Shown here in pieces: positions 1 to 12,660 of a DNA stretch of 64,000 bases. The stretch spans positions 289,301,402 to 289,365,401 of the forward strand of contig NC_085841.1 of assembly GCF_035594765.1 (NCBI RefSeq), read 5' to 3'. The stretch comes from Anolis carolinensis. Its lineage: Eukaryota. The notes under the pieces are model-generated. The model had not been told where the DNA came from. It made no database searches and was given only the letters and a program-made list of their open reading frames with translations. A program made the translations under genes and the position numbers. How positions within the stretch are numbered: the stretch's first letter is position 1; the number at the start of each line of letters is the position of its first letter.

Positions 1-1462
1 TGGTTCTCCTGGATATCTCAGCGGCTTTCGATACCATCGACCATGGTATCCTTCTGGGACAACTCTCTGGGATGGGGCTCAGTGGCACGGTTCTGCAGTG
101 GCTCCGGTCCTTCCTGGAGGGTCGTTCCCAGATGGTGAAGCTGGGGGATACCTGCTTGGACCCCTGGCCATTGACCTGTGGGGTTCCGCAGGGGTCTATC
201 TTATCCTCCATGCTTTTTAACATCTACATGAAACCACTGGGAGAGGTCATCCGGAGTTTTGGAGGGCATGGCCATCTCTACGCAGATGACACGCAAATCC
301 ACTACTCGTTCCCATCTGACTCCAAGGAAGCCCCTCGGATGCTGAACCAGTGCCTGGCCGCTGTGGCGGACTGGATGAGGAGGAACAAGCTGAGAATCAA
401 TCCCGACAAGACAGAGGCCCTCCTGGTCAGTCGTGCGTCGGATCGGGGCATTGGTTGGCAACCTGTGCTGGACGGGGTTGCACTCCCCCTGAAATCACAG
501 GTCCGCAGTTTGGGGGTCCTCCTGGACTCAGCGCTGACGCTTGAGGCCCAGGTGTCGGCGGTGGCCGGGAGGGCCTTTGCACAACTCAAACTTGTGCGCC
601 AACTGCGACCATACCTTGTGAAGTCTGACTTGATCACGGTGGTACATGCCTTAGTTACCTCTAGACTGGCCTACTGTAATGCGCTCTACGTGGGGCTTCC
701 CTTGAAGACGGCCCGGAAATTACAATTGGTCCAACGCTCGGCTGCCAGATTAATAACGGGGGCAAGTTACAGGGAGAGATCCACTCCCTTGTTTAAGGAG
801 CTCCACTGGCTGCCGTTCATCTTCCGGTCCCAATTCAAGGTGCAGACCATCATCTATAAAGCCCTAAACGGTTTGGGACCCACCTACCTCCATGACCGTC
901 TCTCCCTCCATAAACCTGCCCGATCTTTACGATCATCCGGGGAGGCCCTTTTATCACCACTGTCGTTATCCCAGGCCCGCCTTGTGAGTACAAGGGAGAG
1001 GGCCTTTTCTGTTGTGGCCCCCCGACTATGGAACTCACTGCCTACTGAAATCAGGCAAGCTCCCACTTTGTTAGCTTTTAGGAAAGACCTGAAAACATGG
1101 CTCTTCCGCTGTGCTTTTGGTGAGTAACTTCTGTTATATATTTCTGTGTTACTCCCCCCAAACATCTATCCTCTAAACTGCCCCACTCTCATATGTCCCT
1201 GTACACATTAGAGTACCCCTCTGTCCCTCACACTCCGAATTTTATCTTTGTGTTCATGCGGCCTGCTCTTGTTTGACTGTTTCTTGATTTCTTGATGTGA
1301 TGTTTATTATTATGTATTGTATTATTTTTAATTATGTTATGATATGCTGTTTTATATTTTATTATATTGTATTGCTTTGGGCATGGCCCCATGTTAGCCG
1401 CCCCGAGTCCCTGCTGGGGAGATGGTGGCGGGGTATAAATAAAGTTTTATTATTATTATTAT
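1..1462 (+). mobile_element. L2-clade LINE, 3' part (RT, 3' UTR, (TTA)n tail); 5' end lies outside the window
   Basis: RT motifs LLDISAAFDTIDH, GVPQGSIL, YADDTQ and LHWLP. 3' end gccgccccgagtccc...ggcggggtataaataaa followed by (tta)n. Confidence 0.95.
3..1127 (+). CDS. L2 LINE ORF2 reverse transcriptase, C-terminal part, uninterrupted frame
   Basis: The frame of ORF 72..1127 is open back to base 3 (VLLDISAAFDTIDHGILLGQLSG) and contains the YADD catalytic motif. Confidence 0.9.
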   Translation, partial: VLLDISAAFDTIDHGILLGQLSGMGLSGTVLQWLRSFLEGRSQMVKLGDTCLDPWPLTCGVPQGSILSSMLFNIYMKPLGEVIRSFGGHGHLYADDTQIHYSFPSDSKEAPRMLNQCLAAVADWMRRNKLRINPDKTEALLVSRASDRGIGWQPVLDGVALPLKSQVRSLGVLLDSALTLEAQVSAVAGRAFAQLKLVRQLRPYLVKSDLITVVHALVTSRLAYCNALYVGLPLKTARKLQLVQRSAARLITGASYRERSTPLFKELHWLPFIFRSQFKVQTIIYKALNGLGPTYLHDRLSLHKPARSLRSSGEALLSPLSLSQARLVSTRERAFSVVAPRLWNSLPTEIRQAPTLLAFRKDLKTWLFRCAFGE

Positions 1463-2519
1463 AATGATGCAGCAAGTAGGGCCAAACAATGGGATCCAGG
1501 AAATATTTTCTGTGCAGCCAAAACATAGACTATCCAGAAAGGTGATACAAAGTCATCACAGTAAAGAAACCCACTAGGAATATTGAGAGCCTAATAGGGA
1601 CATCCTAATAGTGAATGTGTGAAAGTACTTCTCTGTCAGCCTGGAAGCTATATTCTGATCTTAAAATCTACACGAGAACTGGAGTGGAGGATTGGGTTAT
1701 GGCAGCTTAGCTAGCATTTCCATCCAGCAGAGAAGTGTGATTTTGTTCCAGAGATGGATTGTGATGCAAATCTGTAAGACGATAGTGTTGAACTGCCATG
1801 GCTTTGGGTCATGCCAGTATGGCGGTAGCTCTTGACAATAAAGATCTTATTGAGGGGAGCGGGAAAGCCAGTCTAACCTGTATTATTTTACTCAGTTACA
1901 TCTCCTTTCTGCATTTTGGGTTGAACTGCTTCCAGCCCTAATGTGCTGCTGAGCTGTTGCCAGTGCGCTTTTTATTAAGCAATGGTCTTAGAAAGCAAAA
2001 CCTGAGTCTTTAATGTGGCCTCTCCTACCTGTTTTAATACTGGTGAGAATAATCTTATATTTCACCAAAACTATGTGTATTTAGTTTCTGGCTTCCTGGA
2101 TAATTGAGGGTTCCTATTAAAAAGACTGGAACAATCCTGGCTATAGAAATAGGACTCTATATAGACCTCCTCTGTTTGGAATTAAAGGTGAAGGTGTTAA
2201 ACCTAGACAATAAAGCTCAGATCAAAGTAGCCAACAGAAGGGGGCTCCGAGAAGAGCAGATTGTCCCTTCGCATCACAGAAGGTGCCACCTCTCTTTTGC
2301 TGTAATTGAATTTCATGAAAGAGGCAAAGCTATTCTTTCCCAGTGTAATTCGACCAGGCTCCTGGCCAGATTGACAAGAGAAGCACCTGCTCCGTTTGCT
2401 TTCAGGTTTGGGCAACAGACCCTGGTAGCCCAATGGGAGTTGGTTAATCCACGGAGGCCATGACAACACCTGTCGGCCAAGCAAACCGTTAACATTATGA
2501 ATGTCTTAATATTATATAA

Positions 2520-2735
2520 GTATAGAGTTAGAAGGGACCACAAGGGTCATCCAGCCCAACCCCATTCTGCTATGCAGAAGGCACAATACTGAGAGATGAC
2601 CGTCCAGCCTTGGTTTTAAAACTTCCAGAGAAGGAGACTCTGCTTTGCTCCAAGGCAGCATATTCCACTGTAGAACAACTACCATCAGGAGGTTTTTTCC
2701 TAATGTTCAGATGGAATCTCTTTTTCTGGAGTATG
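2520..2735 (-). mobile_element. CR1 LINE 3' fragment
   Basis: agagttagaagggaccacaagggtcatccagcccaaccc...ttcctaatgttcagatggaatctc is the reverse complement of a CR1 3' end and matches 19320-19460. Confidence 0.8.
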
Positions 2736-5289
2736 AATTTGTTGCTCTGAGGATGTTATCGGACAAGGCTTGTAACCATGTTGGAGACTCCCTGGCCATA
2801 AATGAAAAAACTTACCATTGAATGATGTTGTCATAAATTCATTGCAAGCTAATATGCAGCTTGTGTTGAAGCAGTTCTTTTTGAAAATAAGGAAAATCCA
2901 TTTTAGGACTGCTAAATATGCATTCCAGGAAACTTTACAAATCTTTTCAGCCATGCCTGTAATCTGAAGTTGCTTCTGTAGTAACTTTGGGACCAGTGAT
3001 GTCTGCTGTGGGTGTGTTATAAGTATTCCTTTTATCTGCTGCAGTTACCTGTTCCCAGTCTGCTACCAATGCCACTTCTGGTTGGCAGACAGAGAAGACC
3101 TCTGGTTGCAAAGCTAGAAATTAATCTTTTCTCCCAGATTGCTTTCTTTTGTTTTAAATTTAGGAAACTGCAAACTTCTGTAATTGTATCAAGCCACTGA
3201 TATGGATTTCACCTCTTAAAGGTTTTCTTTCCTTGCAAGAAATTTTGCAGAACATTCTACTCATGCATTTTTTGCATCACTAAATAAGTTTACAAAATCA
3301 AAACAACATCTCTCATTGCAGAATGCACAAAATTGTAAAATGCTAATTTGTTTTTAAATAATAATTTAAGTGTTAATAGAATATTGAAAATACAAAAGTA
3401 CAGAGGTGGGCAGGGAAAAAGGCAGTCTTCTGAGATTGTGAATTCTTGGAGTTGTACAATTCTCAGAAAAAAAGAAAGAGATGGACAAAGAAGGGGAATG
3501 CACAGTTTAGAAGGAGTTACATCTTTGCAGCTGAGGTAAACTTAATACACCAAGATCCCTGTTTGACAAAATTTGAATTTTGTAGCATTGCTCTAGCTAT
3601 GATGTACATGAGCTGCAGAAGAACCAACTCAAACCCCTAAAGTTATAAAATCTTTTTGTGAATAGGGATGGAGGTTTATTCCACTGATATAATGAAATAA
3701 TTTTCATGGGCAGAAGGGTTTGAGCAATTAAAAATAGTTAAAAGTTGTTGAAGTGTTCTGTTTTTGTGATATAGGAACCTGTATGGAAATTCTTTCCACA
3801 TTGTTTTTGCCTTTTGTTTTTTTTGTTAAGGAAGAAATGTTCTGGAACTTCATTAACTGTGGCATACCTGTAAATTATTTCAAAAACTGTGTTACCACAT
3901 TTCCTTTTTTACTGATGAATCATTGAATATCTGTGTACATATGTGACAACTGGGAATGAATTTTCACACATTCTTGTATGTGAGTCCTGCAGCACAGAAA
4001 ATGTACATACATTATTATTTTTTCTTTGAAAGGTTTGGACAGGTAAACTTTAGTACTGAATGCTCAGCTTCAATGCTTGAAATTTGAGGACTGAAGGAAA
4101 AAAATTACTTTTTGGGGGGTGAGACAGTACTTATCCTTACGACACCCTTTGGCGTTAACCTGTCTGCATGAAAAAAGACACATAGAAAGCATCTGCTAGC
4201 TAAATGGCATTATTCTGGGCTTTTGTATTATATGTGTGAATAATGTATTCCAATATTTCCTTTATTTGTTCTTCTGAGCCTCATTCAAAGATTCAAATGC
4301 TGTCATACAATCAGAGGTCTGTTACCATGAGGGAAAACTGAGGCCAATTTGTAGTTCATGCTTGGGGATGTTTATGCAAATTTTATGTTCCTATCTTTAT
4401 AAGAGTTGTCTGGATTCTGTGTTAAAAGTTTGACTGGGCCCAGAAAAATGTTGTGGAGAACTCCGTACAAGAAAAACAGACCAAATGTTTTAAAATGTAG
4501 ATGAAATGTCAGGCACAGTATTTTCCCCCTTTGGCAAGGCTACCTCTAATTCAGTGGTTACTGCTGGAAGGCTTTTCTGCTTATTCCCCAGTGGGCAATG
4601 CTGGCTGTTGAAATGCAAAAAAGTAATTTTTCCAACCTCTGCCAGTTCACCTCATGGTATCCAAAACATCATAATTAATACAATTGGCAGTATTCTTATT
4701 TAACACATCTTGAAAAGGGACCCTACCTGCTAGACTCTTTCTGCTACAGCTAGTTAGGTTAGATTCGTTAAGTATTAAACAAACATTAGCCTGACTGAAA
4801 GTAAAAATATTTTTACCTGCCTCACTTCATATTTATTCTCATTAGATGCAGAGTTATAGTTCCCACTACAAGACATAGAAAAGGTGTTCACATAGGGCCT
4901 ATTCAACGCAGAGCTTGATGAAGTTATTTTTTAGGACAACAATTCCTGGAATCCTTCAGCCAGCATGTCCAGGGAAGTAGTTGCATAAAACGGTGCTTCT
5001 CAGACTTTGGTCTTTGATAGTTTTGGCCTTCCATAAACTCCCAGGCATCCCAGCCTAATGGAATAGCTGTGTCTTTCCATCTCTGTGTGTCATTCCTTCC
5101 TCCAATTTTCATGTCTTTTTCTTCTGAGTTGAATCCTGCTTTACATGTGATATGTTCCAAAGTAAAAGTAAAACAGCAAAGTAAAACAGATAGGGTAATA
5201 ACATTTTGCCTGTGCTGACCCCCTTTCCCAATTGGAAAGCATTCTATATCTGCATATTTTGTTTTCCTAGCCCTTTGTCCTGAGTAGAT

Positions 5290-6330
5290 GTTACATATCA
5301 GGACAATCAAATATTGTATAATACCCATTTCTTTAAGACATATCCATAAAATTTCATAATATATACCATGTAAATTTTTTCTATAAGCTGTAAAACTCAG
5401 ACTGATTTTTTTTCTGAAATTCCATTGGTGTGTTTCATTGCCCCTAGTGCCTTTTCCTTTGCTTGAATAAATCTGTCATTCTTGCATCTCATTGATATAG
5501 TTCTCTAATATATTGTTTCCATAATTGTTTTATTTTTATTGTGTTATGTAATATGTTTCTTTACTGGTTGTAAAGCATCCTCACACTTGGCTTAAATTTC
5601 TCTATGGGTTCTCAATCTTTTGAGGGCTCTTGTTCTAACTTTTTTTTAACTCACCTTCTATTATCTGCATTGATTATTATAGTAGTTTCCTTGTTCCTGT
5701 GCACAAGTTGCTGAACAGTTACTTTCAGAACTCTGGCTCTATTTCTGTCACCTTTTTTGCCTGCCCATAACTACTTGAAGAGTTTAGTATCTTTTCTATT
5801 AAGGCCCCCTTTCTTTTCTTGTCTGCAGATAGTATCTTTTTGCAGTCCTCCCTGACAATATCTCCGTGTTCATTCCAGAATTCTTCTAGCTCCTGGTGAG
5901 TTAGGCTTAATAGTGTAAATCTATTCTTTACATAATTTTTAAATTCTATTGGTGATATCAGATTGTATTTTGGCAAAACCATTGGTCTGATACTCTATTT
6001 TATCTTTACTGCCATTTTTCATATTAGCAGTTTGTGATCTGCATCACAATATGCTCCTGGTCTTGTTTTTGCAGCAAAAATGGAGCTTCTCTAGATTCTG
6101 CTTTTAATTATGCAATCTATTTGATTTTTATATTGATCACAAATTGCCTCTTCATTGCTTGAAGAATGTGTTTGTGTTGAATAAACTACTGGCCTTGCAA
6201 AATTCAGCTAGTTATTCCCCTGCTTCATTTCTGGATTCTAGGCCAAATTTTTCTCCAATCTTTGATTCTGCTCGGTTTCCTATTTTTGCATTCTAGTTTC
6301 CTATGATCAACAACATGTCATGTTTTGATT
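5290..6330 (-). mobile_element. Old, degraded RTE-clade LINE fragment
   Basis: ORF 5725..5982 (KYNL..IEFKNYVKNRFTLL...EEFWNE..DIVRE..KK) resembles the RTE/Bov-B linker between endonuclease and RT. Flanks are degenerate. Confidence 0.6.
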
Positions 6331-7334
6331 ATCAATTTCCTCCACAGAGTCTTTCAGTTTCATCTTTTTATCTCTGTAGTAAAAGCATAAACCTGAATAA
6401 TGGTTATAATTATGGGTTTTGTCTGATATTATTGAGTCTGACTTTGCAATATACCTTTTGACTGCTTTTCCTAAACATCTCCTCACTGTTAACATTTTTT
6501 TTTCAGATTTTCATTTCTTGAGGAAAATACTGCATAAGTATTTTATTCAAAAAGTTCATGTAATATCTATGTTATTTGTTCACTGCAAGTGCTGCAATAT
6601 TTATTCATTCCATTTCTCATGTTACAATTTCTAAAATCTCCCACATGCTTCCCACTTTCCTTATTCTACTAATATGTGTTATAAAACCTTGAACTTTCCA
6701 TTCATCTCTGAGCACATTAAAAGCTGTAGATCCTTTTGCTTTGTGTTTAGCTACTCAGAATTGTCCTGTGCTGTACCCAAGTAGCTCATTGCATGACATT
6801 TGTCAAGTGAGTGTCATCTTCCGGCACTATCTCTTGCTTCCATTTGTTTTGTCTCATGATAGAGTTTTTACGGTAAAAGACATTCAGTGGTTATCATGCC
6901 TCCTTTTCCACAATACTAACAAATGTTAGTTATGGTGCCACTATTGTTTCCGAGAGATCCTTCAGGAGTGTCATCTCTATTGCTGCTGCTGCTGTCTAGC
7001 AGTAGAGAAAATGTATATCACATGAGCTAGCACTTCTGAGCTATGTATTTTTACTGCCTCAAATGAATTTCTTAAAAACAATCAGATGCCCTCACTAATC
7101 CTGTGTGCACATGGTCATTGTATAGTTTAGCCACTTGGTGGCATCAGACTTCATTATCCGTGTCTGTAGTCTGAGTTTCCTCTTGCTTTTCCATTCTTGT
7201 CTTACTCAACCTCCCAAATTATGTATCTTTAACATGGGTATGGTCACCTGGACTGATTAAGAAACAGAATTCTTAGAGGGAATATGCAGATATGGGCAGG
7301 CTTCGCTGAAAATGGATTATACTACGTTCTATAC

Positions 7335-7469
7335 CAGTGGTTCTCAACCTGTGGGTCCCCAGATGTTTTGGCCTTGAACTCCCAGAAATCCTAACAGCTG
7401 GTAAACTGGCTAGGATTTCTGGGAGTTGTAGGCCAAAACACCTGGGGACCAAAAGGTTGAAAACCACTG
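7335..7469. mobile_element. hAT MITE, 135 bp
   Basis: TIRs cagtggttctcaacct / aggttgaaaaccactg; 8-bp TSD ttctatac/ttctatat. Confidence 0.9.
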
Positions 7470-9398
7470 TTCTATATGCAGTACTTTAGCAAATGAGGGA
7501 CATACCAAAACATGTCATCGGGATCACCAGGAATGAGTGTAAGTTGTGTCAGCCCACTTCTCATTGCCCACAGATGGGACTGTGAGTGGTTTTATGTGGA
7601 GACGGAAGGGGAATAGCCAAGGGTGCTATAGCTCTAATTTTGTTCTTTTAAATGATTGATGCTGGCTTTGATAACTTATTTCATATCCTGAAAGGGAGTT
7701 CCTAACTCTAGTTATTACATTATATGTTTGAAGAACTGCCATGTTAGACTTCTGAAAGGCAAAGCTTTTATTCCTGGCATATCTTGTCTACTTTGTAGTT
7801 TGCCGCATGCTGTTGTTATTATTCTTTCAGTTTTGAATGGTTGCCACAACTTCATTGTGCAAATACCATTATCAGAAAGCAGTCCACATTATGAAGGAAT
7901 ACAGTGTGTTTTTTTTACTGTCACCTAGTTGATGATAGTTATCTCCAGCCATAAGACAGAGCAGGTGCTTCCATCCTATATTCTGAAGGTGCCACTGCAA
8001 TGAAAAGGTCACACAGTTGCTTCATGTCTCCTAGGGATATCATATTCACCAACATCTCACATGTGCCCAAGCAGCATCAGAGGTGGTCAAAATGATGGAA
8101 GAAAGAGCACAATCTATGAGAGATTGTTAGATTTTGCTTTTGAGTTTACAGTGAAAAGGCAAAACTCTTCCTGCTCCTATCCTCTTCCCTTGCTGAGTTA
8201 ATTGAGTGAAAACAACTTTTGTACTTTGAACTCAGCTTACAGCAATTGACATAAACTGAGGCAGAAGGAGAAAATGGGAGGAGAGAGAAACTAGGACTTT
8301 AAAAAATATCTTAAAAGAAGGACAAAAATTATGACTGTCTGCCAAATCAGGACAGTCACGGGGTATGGGATATGAAGAAGTACATTGGCTGTCCTTGGAA
8401 AAGATTGCATGTTGTTCCAGTATGTGGTTGGCACAGCATGTTCTTCTATAGCTATTTCTTTTTAATATATTAAAATGTTGTGCAAATCAAACTTAAATTG
8501 CAGTGCTTCCATGAAACAAAATAAACACACTTGCAACCCAAGTATTTCTGCCTGCAGGGTATATACCAGAAAGAACAGTGAGAAATATTGGTGTAATTCA
8601 TATAATTGTCTTTCTGTCTAGCTGCCAGCTGCACATGAACTTTCTGTACCTTTCTATACATGAAGGCATTTTCACTATCCAAAGCTGTTTTTTGAATAGA
8701 AGGGGGTGTAGCCATGTTGACACTAAACCAGTTTTCAGGGCCTATGATGGGTCATGTAGCAAAAAAAAAAAATAAAATAAAAAAACCCAAAGAAACCTGT
8801 ACAAATGAGTTGGTGCAACTTCTATGAACACAAGCACACATTTTGCTTCTAAGTAGATTGCTTTGGTCAATGTTATTAGCCTAATGGAAGTTATCGCTAC
8901 TTCTAGTACGACCCATAACTAGAATGATGAAAAGTAGCTCTAATCTTTTCTCTTGGACACCGTATGCAGACTATGGGAGCCTCCATCATTCATACTATGA
9001 AGCACTTTACATCACCTACAAGATAGTGATAGAGAGCTGAAACAGAACGTCTGTCATCTTGCAGGCTCTATCTAAAGAGACTGTGACCACAGGTCATCTA
9101 AGTTCAAATTAGAGTCTGTCCTGATAGCTTCTTACCTGGTAAAAAGATGTGGAAATCTGGAATATTTGCATGTTTTGTGATCTTGGCTTTAGACCAGTAA
9201 AGGTCACCCTACTATGATTTGCATGTGGTTATTATAGTTTCCCTTATCAGTCTCACATTCCTCATTGAAGATAATACTTGCTGGATTTTAATTTTTGATT
9301 TTTACCCCGGAAGGGCACAGTACTTCTGTTAGATGTTTGATTGACAAATTTGGGAGGTTTTATTGGTGCTGTTCCAAATTGATCCAAATTGCTTTGAA

Positions 9399-10082
9399 CC
9401 CGTAGTCGACAAACTAAGGGCAAAATGGCCTATCTGTGCTGTGCGCATGCGCACAGCACAGATAGGCCATTTGGCCCTTACTTCCTGGTCGCGCCCGCCG
9501 ATCGCCCGGCGGCCGAGACCAGGAGGTAAGGGCCAAATGGCCTATCTGTGCTGTGCGTATGCGCACAGCACAGATAGGCCATTTTGCCCTTAGTTTGTCG
9601 ACTACGGGCTATCTGTGCTGTGCCAAAATGTTTGTCGACTACGGGCTATCTGTGCTGTGCCAAATGGCCTATCTGTGCCGGGCGATCGGCGGCCGCGACC
9701 AGGAAGTAAGGGCCAAATGGGCTATCTGTGCTGTGCCCGTGCGCACAGCACATATAGGCCATTTGGCCCTTACTTCCTGGTTGCGCCCGCCGGGCGATCG
9801 GCAGCCGCGACCAGGAAGTAAGGGCCAAATGGGCTATCTGTGCTGTGCGCATGGGCACAGCACAGATAGCCCATTTGGCCCTTACTTCCTGGTCACGCCC
9901 GCCGATCGCCCGGCGGCCGAGACCAGGAGGTAAGGGCCAAATGGGCTATCTGTGCTGTGCGCACGGGCACAGCACAGATAGCCCATTTGGCCCTTACTTC
10001 CTGGTCGCGGCCGCCGATCGCCCGGCACAGATAGGCCATTTTGCCCTTAGTTTGTAGACTAAGGGCAAAATGGCATATCTGT
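9399..10082. repeat. Nested palindromic tandem array: five hairpin units with a 112-bp period, grouped into two larger palindromes
   Basis: Hairpin centres at about 9447, 9559, 9739, 9851 and 9963. Higher-order palindromes at 9399-9608 and 9662-10041; a further hairpin at 10028-10082. Confidence 0.95.
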
Positions 10083-10230
10083 TTTCAGCGGTTTGGCGCG
10101 GGCGCAGGGATTGAAGCCCCGCGTGGCCGCGCCAACACCAGGGGCGTCGGTGGCGCTACGGGCTGCTGTCGACGCCTCGACAGCGCCCGAGGCGGCCGCA
10201 TCAGCGGCCTCTTATAATCAACCGGCCCTG
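10083..10230. mobile_element. Terminal and subterminal region of a CAGGGCCGG-type hAT element; partner end not found
   Basis: Ends accggccctg at 10221-10230, the same terminus as 45018-45027. GC-rich subterminal gcgcccgaggcggccgc. Confidence 0.65.
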
Positions 10231-12024
10231 CTGTGTGACTTGAAAGGTCCCTAAGGCATGGCTGATACTGAAAAAAAATAATCTCTTGTTTTCTTGGGAT
10301 ACACGAAGCTGTAATTTGGCTACCAAAGGCAATGTGTCTACATATCTCCACTGTCACAGCTATTTTGGCAGCTGAATGTTCCAAGTCCAGAACAAACATT
10401 CCATCCCACTGAAATATTGAGGCTGTCTGACTTAGTGCTGGAAAAAATGATGTTAATTACTTCTGTGTGGGCATGCCCATTGGCCATTATCAGTCTCTAG
10501 GATGCCACTTGTATTTCAACACAGCCTTTCCAGCTTCATTGGGATAGCCAAGAGTGTGATTTTGAACAATTTGGTCTCAGTGAGAAAGTGGAATCTTTCT
10601 CCAATGAAAAAAGTGGCTGGCATGAGCAGTGCAGTTTGCAAGAGTGGGGCAGCCGGTGGCCAAGTTGGGAAGCAGAGGACAGAAATCAGTGCTTTGATCA
10701 ACTATAAAGCATAACAACAGCTGTGTTGAGAAGGTTTGCTGTGGTTTAGCTGGCATTTATCTCTTTTGCAAAGTGAAGGCATTGTAAACCGGTAAAAATT
10801 AACTGCCAGAGCACAATGCTGTTTTTGTGACTTTGGAATTCAGATAAAGCCTTGCTACTCTTGGCAGGCTGATGAAAAGAACGGAGCATTTGCATACAGG
10901 TGAGGCCAAGGGGGGAATGGAGTTCAGGTCAGTGCCAGGTATGCAAAGTGCCTCCAGCTGTGAGGGCCCTCTTTTAGTCAAGCTGGAGGGCAACCAATGG
11001 CAGCGAGGAGCAGGCATTTTTTTTTCCTTTTGGAAAGGGGCAATACCGAGAAAGGTCATTGGATGGCAGCAAAGCATTTGACACTTGTAAGCTTCGCTTC
11101 AGAGCAATCTCTCCAAGTCCCACATGGTGATTTCCAGGGATTGTCAATCAGCAAGCTGGAGACAGCAGACCTGAGACTATATCCAAGCTTGCAACAAGTT
11201 GGCTCAAAACATCCTGGCATGCCTTTTGAACAGAAGGAGTTCTGAGCTAGCCATTCTCAGACATGATCCCTCTGAACCACTGTTAAATAACTGACTCAGA
11301 CTCTCCATCCCTCCAGTGGAAAGCTGCCACCTTTCTTAAAGGAAGGATTTTGGTGCCTTTAATAACAGCTTCTGGGAATGCCTAACCTGTTGGATTTCTG
11401 CCTTACACACCCCCAGACTCCTGCCAGATAAAACACTTGCACCCCAAATCTGTTTTGTGGTTAAGGTGACAACCCAAAATGCGGCAGTTATACTGGCACA
11501 TCTTCTTCCAGTCTCACACAAGAGGACAAAGATCAAAAACAAAGATAGAGAAGCTCTGTCATGCCATCAGCCACAATCAGAGCTTAGAAATGTTTAATTT
11601 TGGGGACAAACTCATCTTCAAATGACTGTTGGGTACGTGAGGACCTTAAAATGTTAAAATCAAGTCTTTTAGTCTTGTATCATATATGAGCAATTCTTAT
11701 GTAGTGCAAAAAGCATAAAGTAAGCATTAAAAGATTCTGACCCATGAATTCTTTTTGAACATCAGAACTGAATGCACAGATTTTCCATCTAGAAATAAAC
11801 TCCTTCCTCCTGTCCAGCTGTTTTCAGCAGTTGATAGAATGCTGAGAACAGGACTTTGAATGGACTGGTGATGCATGTATTTTAAGAAACAAACTTTTAA
11901 ATTGGTTATTACAATAGTATTTTAATATTGGGATAATTAAGTTATGTCTTAACATTATACCTTTCTTCCCAGTTTTATTTGAACTTGTTTAAACCTTGTT
12001 GTGAGCTACCCTTGATTGCCAACC

Positions 12025-12242
12025 ATATATATCCACATTTCAGAATTATATATTGTTTTGATACCACTTTAACAGCCATGGCTCCATGCTATGGAATCCT
12101 GAGATGTGTAGATTCTTGGTTACGTAGATTCTCTGCTATAGAGTTCCATACCATAGCTATTGGAAGTGCAATAAACAATGTTAGAGCCATAGCAATTTAG
12201 GTGGCCTCAAGCTGCTATAATTGTGTAGTTTGGGTACGCACC
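12025..12242. mobile_element. Degenerate MITE of the gggtgcatctacac type (probably PIF/Harbinger)
   Basis: Inverted arms accactttaacagccatggctc / gagccatagcaatttaggtgg; homologous to 36023-36232. Confidence 0.6.
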
Positions 12243-12324
12243 AGGAAGAAAGGATGTAAAGTCAGCTGGTAGGCTAAGTAGACAGGCTGGTAGATATATG
12301 ACAAATAGAACCTTATACTAATAG

Positions 12325-12660
12325 GAAAAGGCTCATAGTTCAGGGACAGAGCACACACTTTCTATGCAAAAGATCCTATGTTAAATCTCTAACACTTCTA
12401 AATATTGTTGGGAAAGAAAACTGCCTCAAGCACTGTAGACCTGCATAGGCACGGGGAACTTACACAACTACAGAGGTTTTTGGACAGCAAGTCCCATTAT
12501 CCCGTACCATTGGTCATGGAGGCTACGGCTGACTGGAGATGAAGTCCTACAACCTCTGGAAGCCCTCATATTCCCAGGCTGTCCCACCTGGTATAGACAG
12601 TACTGAGCTAGATGGACCAATAGTCTGACACACTGAGAGACTGCTTTCTAGCTTCCTACG
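12325..12660 (+). mobile_element. Old tRNA-derived squamate SINE (Squam3-like), interrupted by a hAT MITE at about 12445-12590
   Basis: Degenerate tRNA head (tagttcagggacagagcac...gatcctatgttaaatc) and the 3' motif gtatagacagtactgagctagatggaccaatagtctgac. Confidence 0.6.

Noticed and set aside
9399-10082. CRISPR array or parvoviral ITR
   Set aside because: The spacers are copies of one another rather than unique, no cas or rep/cap ORFs are nearby, and the context is a vertebrate genome. The short ORFs here are by-products of the repeat.
10480-11250. Enhancer-like unique sequence with TCF, FOX and GATA motifs (similar at 2200-2490 and 25860-26130)
   Set aside because: Short motifs alone cannot support a call without conservation data.
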